A stretch of 64,000 nucleotides of DNA from Gracilinanus agilis (taxonomy: Eukaryota), in NCBI RefSeq assembly GCF_016433145.1, contig NC_058132.1, positions 139,323,714-139,387,713 of the forward strand, given 5' to 3'. Positions 23,020-33,150 of the stretch are shown here, piece by piece. A program made the position numbers and the translations under genes. A model generated the notes under the pieces. The model worked only from the letters and a program-made list of their open reading frames with translations, did no database searches and had not been told where the DNA came from. Within the stretch, counting starts at the first letter, position 1, and the number at the start of each line of letters is the position of its first letter.

Positions 23020-23820
23020 AAGAAAGAAATCCACACTATCAGTAGCCCCATGAAAAAATGCTCCAAATCAGTATTAATGAGTGAAATGAAAGCAATGCTG
23101 AGGTTCTCCCTTATGATTGGCAGAAATGTCAAAAAGGAAAATGACAAATGTTGGAGAGGCTGGGGAAAGGAGAGCCATTGATGCACTTTTGGCAGACCTA
23201 TGAAGTGGAACAGCAATTCTAAAAGGTAATTTGAAACTCAACCCTTAAAATTTTTAAACTATGCATACCCATTAACTTAGTCCTGCCACCTATAGCCCAA
23301 AGATCAAATAAAGAGGAAAGGAACCCATATGGATAAATATAATTATAGCAGTTCTTTTTTGGTGGTGAAGAACTGAAAACTAAAGATGTTCCCATTAACT
23401 AGAGAATGTCTGAAAAACTATAGTATATAAATATGTAATGCATAAGAAATGACTAAAGGGACAGTGTCAGAGATAACTAGGAATTCTTAGATGAACCAAT
23501 TCAGAGTTAAGTGAACAAATCTCAGGGAGAAATTATGTAATAGTACCCACATTTGAAAAACTACAAAATTTGAAAGACTTAAGAACTTTCATCAATGCAA
23601 TGACGAACAATGATTCCAGAGGACCAATGATAAAGAATGTGACTCACTGTTAATAGGAAGATCATAGACTCAATATGCTTAATGAGATCTATGTTTGGAC
23701 ATAGCCAGCATGGAGGTTTGTTTTGCTTAACTATGGTTGTCTGTTACAAATATTTTGCATTTCTTTATTTTTCATCTCTGGAATGGAAGTGGGAAGAGAG
23801 GAAAATTCTCAATAAAAATT
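23020..23820 (+). mobile_element. Old L1 3' fragment
   Basis: tgacaaatgttggagaggctggggaaa...cagcaattctaaaaggtaatttg followed by 3' UTR-like text. Confidence 0.7.
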
Positions 23821-25749
23821 GTAATTAAGATATTTTTCAACTTTTACAATTCTGATTCTATGTTTTTAGGCATAGGTGAATGAGCTAGTATTCCTACCAT
23901 CATGCCACTTATAAACTAATTTCTGAGGAGTTATGGATTTGCTCAGGGCCTATGATTTAATTAGTTTAGGAAAAGTCCAGTGTGGAAAGTTCACCCAACT
24001 CTTCTGTAACGTACAATCTCAGAGAATTATCTGGGGGTACTGACAGGATAGAAGATAAAATGTATACAAATATATAAAATAAAAAATAGAAAATGGAAGT
24101 ACAGTAACATAGATATAAACAAATCTTTTTGGTTATTCAAGGGAAAGGAAGTATGTTTTCAATTGTGAAAAGCAGGGAAGGCTACCTAGACAATGAATTA
24201 GAATTGGGTCCAATATGAATTGGACTTAGAAGACAAATAGAAATTGAACAGAAAGAGTCAGTGGAAAAGAGTCAGTTCATGCAGAGGAAACAATATAAGC
24301 AAAAGGACAGAGGCAACAAAAAATGGGATATATTCTGGAGTTAACTTTTTGGCTGGAAGCACGAAAACAGTGGAAGGTAGGTGCTTAGGCCAAACCGTAG
24401 AGAGCTTCAAATATGTCTGTCAAACGCTTTCAGATTTTATAAAAAGGCTGTCATTGAAGTCATTGAAGTCATTTGAAGGCTTTTAAACAAGGATCATCAT
24501 ATATTGCCATTGTGACCCACCCCCTGAAAAAAAAAAAAAGGATATCAAGGAGTCCATTCTAGTTTAGCCTCCCTTGAAAATCAATGCCAACTCCTTGAGA
24601 TTAGGGTCTGATTTTTTCCTCTTTCTATTATATCCCTATTGCTTAGCACAGTGCCTGCCACATAGTAGGTACTTCATGAATGCGTGCTGACTCAACTTGA
24701 TTCAGTTTGGGTAAAAGTTGGGGAGGGACCCTTATAGGTTTCCAAGTATTACAAGGGCTGCTCTGGTAATAAGTAGCTCTATCTGTGGGCAAATGTTGTA
24801 TAATAATGTTATGCTCAGATTTCATAGTAACTTTTATAGACTGGTTAAGGACTTAAATTCTACAACAGCTTAAATACTTTGAATTCTCCTCTCCAATACT
24901 CAAATGGATCAATGATCTCATATACTTGGAATTTCCCTTCAAGGATGAAGATCACAACTTATTCAGGTCTGCCTATCCTGTATAACTCTTGTCCGTGTCC
25001 TACCATAAATTTGCCATGAAATGTTCACTCAGTGCCCTGGGCTCCTTCTTGAATTCTTTGCATTTTCTAATAAACAATACTGGAAAAAATGGGGGAAAGT
25101 CTGTATTTTTTCACTATCCACTAAATTTGGAGACTTTTACCTCATGGTAAGGGATGGGAATATAGAGGGCTACCTTTTACAGAAACCTTTGCTGGTCCTC
25201 CAAGCTTCTAGTGCCTTCTCTTCTGAGATTATCTTCTACCTCATTTGTCTATATCTTATATGTTCCTACTTATTTTTATGTCATTTCCCCTATTATAATG
25301 CCAGTTTCTTAAGGGCAGGGACTGTTTTTTTTTGCCCTCTTTGTATTTCCAGTACTTGGCACAGGGACTGGCAAATAGTAAGTATATAATAAATGCTTGC
25401 TGACTCAGTGAATGACAACTGCAAGGGAGAATAACATTTCTAATGAGACTGATGCCAAACTGACTCACAGTTTCTAAAAGTAGTTTCTGACCTTGTTCCA
25501 TTTTGCAGTTGTTCTATGATTCCAACCACAACTTGCTTCTGAATGCTAAAACTGAAGACAGAGTTTCTATTTCGGAAAGCAATGTTCTCAGGGTGGAAAA
25601 CCCCAAATTATAAAACTGAGTACATGAAATTTTGTTTCCTAATCATTTGGTGCTTAATTCTAAATTCTGTACTTCCTCTGAAACAGCTGACAAACAGTAG
25701 CTGCCTACTTATTTTAGAAACATAATGGAAGATATTTTGATTGAGTGAG

Positions 25750-25930
25750 GTTAAGGTAGCATAACATGTGGAGCCTGGACTTTGACATGAGACAAACTGG
25801 CTTTACTCTTTCCAGTCTGTGTCACCTTGAGCAAGTCATTAGATCTTTCTGAGCCTGTCTTCTCATCTATGAAATGAAATTAGATTACTCAGTCTCTAAT
25901 GTTTCTTCCAGTTTCAAATACTATGAACTA
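25750..25930 (+). mobile_element. MIR-family CORE-SINE
   Basis: tgtgtcaccttgagcaagtcatt...tctcatctatgaaatg. Similar fragments occur near 27200, 33740, 42550, 43980, 45920, 46910, 54750 and 60000. Confidence 0.65.
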
Positions 25931-26099
25931 TGAAAAATATATAGAACTGCATAAAAACTTTAGTGATAATAAAAATGACCTAATATATATATAGCACTTA
26001 CTATGTGCTAGACACTGGGGTAAGCACTTATTTTCTCATTAGATCCTCATAACAACTCTGGGAGGTAGGTGCTATTATTATTCCTCCTTTAAAAAAAAC

Positions 26100-26288
26100 A
26101 CGAACAAACCTTACCTTCTTAGAATAAATACTAAGTATTGGTTCCAAAGCAGAAGCATAGTAAAGTCTGGGCAATTGGGATTAAGTGCCTAGGGTCACAC
26201 AACTAGGAAGTGTCTGATGTCAGATTTGAACCCAGGACCTCTCATCTCTAGGTCTGGCTCTCTATCCACTGAGTCACCTAGCTGCCCC
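26100..26288 (-). mobile_element. SINE1_Mdo-like SINE inserted in a MIR
   Basis: SINE body ending gctgcccc, with MIR text on both sides. Confidence 0.85.
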
Positions 26289-27599
26289 TATTGTTCCCAT
26301 TTTTACAGATGAGGAAATTGAGGCAAACTGGAGTTAAGTGATTTTCTCAGAGTCACATGATGAATAAATGTCTGAGGCTGGATTTGAACTCGGGTCTTCC
26401 TGACTCCATACCTGATGCTCCATTCACTGTGCCACCAGCATTTGACACATTGAGAAAATTTCGACTGAAATCACCCAAGCCAAAGAAGTGTCAAATGATA
26501 GGAAAGAAAATTGAACATTATACATGTATATATGCAAAACCGAACAGTACATAAATGTATATATAAATATGTATAATCTATATTTTAATCTATATCTTGA
26601 ATCAATTTATATGCTTATCCCATAGCATCTCTAAATCATATCTATTATATCTCCCAATAAAGTCTTACTTTTGATTAATTAGAATTTGCTTCCCAGAAAC
26701 TCTTTCCCAGCTTCCCATGTTCCTTCTCATGTTATATGCTAACATAGGGAGGATATATTTTTGTGTAGCTACTCCCTCTCAAGCTCTTTTCCCCTGATCA
26801 CAGCTAGGAAAGCTGGCTTTACTCAGGCTTTTACTTTTGCCCTTTCATTTCTTTTACTGCAAGTGATTATTAATAAATCTTATAAAACAGAATATTTGGA
26901 GTTATTGGATATTAATTTTAATCTTACACTTTTATGTTTCATCCTGATGTGGAGGTAACACTGGGTTGTTACAGGCTATGTATAATCTCTAACAGATCTT
27001 TATTTAGTTCCAAAGGCATTGTTCACGTCAAGACCTGGTGACAGATTATATGTCTTGTCTGAAGACCAGCTTACCCTAAGTTTGGAGAAGTCTGTCACTA
27101 GATTGGCAAATTTTTTCAGTTACGGTAATTTTCAAAGTCTATCTACTAGGCTATGAAGTACACAAGATTGTTCTAGAGAAAGTGCTTTATAAAGAAGCAA
27201 TGCTGTTTAGTGAACCAAATGCTGTACCTTGAATTAGAAAGTCCTGAATTCAAAACTCCCTCCAGCTATACACTACTTGTATGATTCTAGGAAAGTCAGT
27301 TAAACTCTATTAACCTCAAGTCATCCATCTTTAAAAACTAGGACTTAGATAGCACCTATCTTCAAAGTTGTGGTGAGGATACCTTGAAAAACTTAAAGCA
27401 CTATATAAGTATTAGCTAGTGTTATTTATTAATGACATTATAGGATTCCATTACATTAATGCATCACAATTTAATTAACGATTCCTTGTTGTTGGTTATT
27501 TAATTTGCTTCTGGGTTTTTGCAATTACATATGATGCTATTTTGAAAACTTTGAATGTGTAGATTTTTTAAATGAAATTTTCAATTTTTATTTCCAGCA

Positions 27600-28990
27600 T
27601 TGAAATTATTGGACCCCCAATCAAACACCAAAATAGAAATCTCGAAAATCAAAAGAGAGCTTAAGAAAAGTAGATATTTAAAAATTAACTAAAAATAAAG
27701 GAATGAGTTTAAAAAAAAACCCTAAATAGCAGACAAGCCATTCATTAGTTTGATTATAAAAAAAGAAAACGAAATTACCAGTATCAAAAATGAAAAAGAT
27801 GCATTCATAAGCAATAAAGAATGAACAAAAGCAATTACTATAAATAATTTCACCTATAGTTTTGCCAATAAAGCAGATAACTTAAATGAAATAGATGCAT
27901 ATTTACAAAAATTGCCCACAATAACTGAAGAGGAAATAAAATATTAAATAACCCTATCTTAGAAAAGTAAATTGAGCAAGCCATAAATGGACTCCCAAAT
28001 TAAAAAAAAAGCACCAAATGGATTTACAAGTGAATTCTACCAAAAATTTAAAAAACAATTAATTTCAATAATCTATAAACTGTTTGAAAAAATAAGCAAA
28101 AAATTACTCTTACCAAATTTCTTCTATGACACAAATATGGTCCTGATACCTAAACCAGGGAGAATAAAAACAGAGAAAGAAAACTATAGACTTCAATGAA
28201 TATTGATGAAAAAAATGTAAATAAGACTCTAGAAAGGAGGTTACAGCAATACATCACAAAGATCATATACTAAGACCTGGTTGAATTTATACCAAGAATG
28301 CAGAGCTGGTTGAATATTAAGAAAAATTATAAGCAAAATTGACCAGATTAGAAACAAAAACAATTTTGTTATTTCAGTGAATGCAGGAAGAGATTTTGAC
28401 AAAATATAACACACATTCCCATTTTTTAAAAACTAGAAAGCATAGAAATTAATGAAACTTTCTTTAAAATGATAAGTAGTATCTGTCTAAAACCAAGAGC
28501 AAGCATTTTCTCTAATCAGGATAAGCTAGAAGCCTTTCTAATAAGATTGGAGTGAAGCAAGAATGTCTATTATTACCATTTCTATTCAATATTGAGCTAA
28601 AAATTAGTGAGAGCTATAAGACAAGAATAAGAAATGGAAGGAATAAGCATAGGCAAAAACTATCACTTAGCAAAGTGTCTGGCATATAGTGAGTGCTTAA
28701 TGAATGTTTATTGGTAGATTGATTTTTTTCTGATGCTATGATGGTTTACTTAGAGAATCTAGAGAGTTGATTTTAAAAGGTAATTGAAACAATTAACTTC
28801 CACTAAAAAGCGAAGTATAAAATAATCCCCAGCAAATCATCAACATTTCTATATATTACTAACAAAATTTAGCAGAAAGAGCTAGAAGGAGAAATTCAAT
28901 TAAAATAACTATAGACAACATCAATATTTAGGAGTCTACCTGCTGAGATACACACCAGAATCCAGTGATATTTCTATTAAATCTATAAAT
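27600..28990 (+). mobile_element. Older L1 ORF2 fragment
   Basis: [26 protein letters not shown] and [14 protein letters not shown]. Confidence 0.9.
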
Positions 28991-29139
28991 CAAATGAATA
29001 GTTCTTAACTGTTTTTTATGTCCCAAACCCCTTTGGCAAATTGATGAAGTCTATGGAACTTTTCTCAGAATCGTGTTTTCAAATGCATAAAACAAAATAC
29101 ATATGATTACAAAAGAAAATAAATGTAATTTAAAAAGAA

Positions 29140-30200
29140 ATAATTTTCCCCATGCAAGTTCACAAATCCTCTGAAATATGGATGCCAGATCATAAAGCCC
29201 TAGTTCAAAGAGATCAAAGAAGGAAGAAAGGGGACTACATGACCAAACATAGCAGAACTGGAAACTAAAGGTGTGTCTATCAATCGAAGAATGTATAAAT
29301 AAGTTCAACATATAAACGTAATGGAATACTATTTACTGTAAGAAATGATGGGAAGGTACGAACTGGGAGAACCTCAGTGAACTGATGCAGAGTGAAATGA
29401 GCAGAACCAGAAGAACATTGAACACATAAAGTAAAACATTGTGGGAAAATCCAATGTAATAGACCTTGCTACTAGTAGCAAGGCAACAAGCCAGGACACT
29501 CCTAAAGGACTTAGGTAAAAGAATGCTATCCACATTGAGAAAAAGAACTATGGGAGCAGAAAGGCAAAAGCAAAACATAGGACATCACTCATCACATGTA
29601 TATATGGGTATGTGATTTTGGGGTTAGGCTTAAAAAAAATTGCTCTATAGCAAAAATGAAAATAGGAATCAAGTGACAACATTTGTACAACCCAGTGGAA
29701 TTGCTTGTCATCTCTGGGAGGAAGGTATGGAAGAGGGGAGGGAAAGAAAATGAATGAATCATGTAAATGTGGAAAAATATCTTTAAAAACAAATTAATTA
29801 ATTAATTAATTTTTAAAAAAAAGAAATGATGGAAAGGATAGATTCAGGGAAATCTGAAATGACTTATGTGAACTAATAAAGTGAAATAAACAGAACCAGG
29901 ATAAAGAATTACATGATAACAACAACATTGTAAAAACAAACTTTGAAAGACTTAACAATTCTGATCAATGCATTGACCAATCATGATTCCAGAGGACTAA
30001 TGATTATTAGTATATGCAGCTTATCTCCAGACAGCTGCAATGTATTTAAGAGGCAAAATGAGACATATATTTTTGCATCTGCCCAATTTGAGAAATTGTT
30101 TTGCTTGACTAAGCATTATTTGTTACAAGTTTCTGTTTTTCTTTTTCTTTTAAACTGGGAAGAAGAGTGAGAAAAAAAATTAATGCTCATTCATTAAAAA
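29140..30200 (+). mobile_element. Old L1 3' end containing a younger L1 3' end (29357-29820)
   Basis: 17-bp TSD AAGAAATGATGG(G/A)AAGG at 29340-29356 and 29821-29837 (one mismatch). Confidence 0.8.
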
Positions 30201-31600
30201 ATAAAATGAATGCTTAAATGCTTAAAAATCCCCAAATGATGAGAGATTGTTTTTCTTCTCCACCAATCATTCCTCTTCAATTTCTGAAAAGTGAAGAATC
30301 ATTCACAACACACATTAGCAACAAGATTCTGTTTATATAAAATGTGAAATCTGGAAAGCCGCTGCTACCTGAGGCATGATTATGGTAGTCTTCATTGCAG
30401 TCTGGATGTCAGTTTAGAGGACAAGATCCCTTCTGTCACAGCAGATTATAAAGAATGTCCTCTAAGAGATCTAATATAGACAATTATGTATTGCGTATTG
30501 ATTTTTCTTTCTCATATGGGTAACAATTGTTCTATTTGTAAATGAGTTATTAATCTTTACCAAAGAAGAAAGTCTTATTTATCAAATGGTCTTCAAACCA
30601 AGAATATATGTATGTTTGTATGTATGTAATCACTCATTTGGAGAATCCTTTGCTGTAAATGTTGGAATTGAAATAATTAAGAAAAATTGATCATCTCATA
30701 ATTTTAAAATGCTAGAAACTGTGCAAATAACAAGAGACAGCTGTAGCAAACGTTGTAAAGAGAACATTGACAGTACTTGACAACTGTTTCCACGTGGGTT
30801 GGATGCTCTATAAGTCAAAGATAACACTGAATTCTGTTTGTTTTGCTTAGAGACCTGGGAGAATGGTGATGCTATTAAACTGGAATAGGAGAAAGAGCTG
30901 TTGGAGTCCGGGAAGGACAAAAATGAATTATTTAATTTATAAAATGCTTAATTTGAAGAGAAAGACAGGATTTGAAATACAGATTCGGGAGTCACATGAC
31001 TAGAAGGGTTAGCTGAAGATTTAATGAAGCAGGACTCCTAGAAAAAGAGGATTAAGGGCAGAACCTTGGAGAATACCAAGAGTTGAAGCAGAAAAAGATC
31101 AAATTCAAAAAGGAGTGTCCATTAGTGAGCAGGCAACACTTTTTTCCCTCTTGTTTTTTGCATTAAAGTAAGTTCTCGGGGGTATTTGGGGCTTTTCTTT
31201 TGCACCCCCACCCCTACATAGGTTTGTTTTTTGTTTTTGTTTTTAATGTACAGAGGGTTTTATTTCATTTAAATTAAGAAATTAAGATGTAACCATTGAT
31301 GTACTAGTGGTTGCTGGCAGCTATTATCCCAAGGAGTCAGCCTTTGAAACGGAGTTGTTGTTTCCTCAGGAAATTCTCCCCTCAGACATTCTTCTCTGGA
31401 GAATCTGGATCATTTTAACTCCTATCCCACCAGGGATTCCTACAGTGCCCAGAAGCTTTTTTTTCTTTTTTTCTTTTTTTGCGGAGGCGCTGACAATTTA
31501 AAGAGTTGGTAGAATTTTAAAGCGTAGGATTTTTGGACCCATCATTCATTCCCTTAGTACCGAGAAAAGAGCAGTCTTAGTCTGCTTTTTAAAAACTGGT

Positions 31601-31763
31601 NNNNNNNNNNNNNNNNNNNNNNNNNNNNNNNNNNNNNNNNNNNNNNNNNNNNNNNNNNNNNNNNNNNNNNNNNNNNNNNNNNNNNNNNNNNNNNNNNNNN
31701 NNNNNNNNNNNNNNNNNNNNNNNNNNNNNNNNNNNNNNNNNNNNNNNNNNNNNNNNNNNNNNN
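31601..31763. other. Assembly gap
   Basis: Run of N at the left edge of the distal CpG island. Confidence 1.
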
Positions 31764-33150
31764 TTTGCTTAGTCCCAGTCCTACCTCTCTTCCCGTCCCC
31801 CCCTCCTGCCGAAGTTCTTGTTCAGACTGGGGAAGCTGCACCGCGGTTCCTCAGATGTTATTTATCTTTTCCTGCAAAAGACTTGTGACAGTGCAGAGTG
31901 CTGTGTATCCTGTGCGATTGTTTATCGCTCAGCTCCTGCTCTCGCCTCCTCTCCGGCACTCCACGTACCCACACCAGGGACTACGTGAGGGAGATAAAGG
32001 GCGGGGGAGGTGACTATGGGGGCTTCGGTGTGAACCCTCGTCCCCTGAAGACTTAAGCTTCTAGTGCCCTGGCGGCCAGGCAAGCGAGCTGACCTGGGCG
32101 GGCCCAGGTGAAATGTGACTCAGAGCCCAGCCCAGTCCAGCCTAGCCCAGCCCAGCCCAGGGCTGCGTACAGGCAAAGGAGCCCCTCGCCCGCTCTTCGG
32201 AAATAACCTCCGAGCGTGACGAGCTTTGGGGTTGGGGGTGGGGGGGAAGGGGAAAAGGGAGACGCCTAGCCGCCCCCCGACCCTTGTGCCCGGCGCCACG
32301 ACTGCACGGCGCGTCCCAGAAGCGACGCGCGGGGCTCTCCCTCCGCTGGTGTCAGCTGCAGGTCAGGCTCTCCGGGCCAGGCCACTCTTGAGGGAACCTC
32401 TTGGAATCACCTCCTCTCGGCGGCCATAGGAATCGCCCGAGCGTTAAGTCTTAACGAACCAGCACCACCAGCCTGCCAAACTACCTGGCTCTCGGAGCCA
32501 GAGTTGCCGGTTCCGCATAGGACTCGGGCTGGTGGCTAATATACATGAACCCGCAATTTGGATTGATTGTAAAAATCTTGACTCATCTTGATTTAAAAAA
32601 AAAATCAAATAGGGGCGGGAGGGTCTTGTCTGGAGCAATCAAGGCTAGAGAGAATGGGTTGATTGGCCCCTGGGTGGAGTAAGGAAGGAGCCACGCAGAG
32701 GTGATGCCCCCTGGTTCACTGGGGCTCGGGCTGCTCCTTCTAACCCACCCCCATATCTCACACACTCTTTTTGGGGAAAGATCAAAAGCTCACGACGGCC
32801 GCAGAAGTCTGTTTTCTCAGGCGTCCTTCCCCCATCACCTCATTGTTAGCTGGACAATGGGCTCCTGTGTCAGTCTTGTTGGCACCAGTTTTGTACAATA
32901 CAGGAAACAGCATTTCCTTTCGGCGCTGGAAAATTAACTTGGACCGTGCTTTTCCCTTTTTTTATTGAGAATCCGCACACACCCCGGGAAACCCAAACTC
33001 CCGGGGAAAGGAAGGCGCAGAGGCAGACGCAGCACCATCTCAAGGGCATCCTTACCCCTGATGGGGCTGGCCCCTTCCCGCTCTACTTGCAGCGCCTCCT
33101 GGAAACTATTCCTGAAATTAAACAATGAGTTATCTCGAGGTGTCTAACTC
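31764..33150. promoter_or_regulatory. Orphan CpG-island-like region ~16-17 kb upstream of FLT1 (candidate enhancer or promoter)
   Basis: Non-repetitive, GC/CpG-rich against CpG-poor flanks. CACGTA 31962-31967, TACGTG 31982-31987, AGATAA 31992-31997, GC boxes, TGACTCA at 32116 and 32579, inverted CCAAT at 32662. No convincing coding exon. Confidence 0.7.

Noticed and set aside
32771-33147. Overlapping 60-78 aa ORFs in the distal island; one basic stretch (GKGRRRGRRSTISRASL) is superficially histone-like
   Set aside because: No histone-fold sequence follows, several frames are open simply because of GC content, and there is no splice or poly(A) support.
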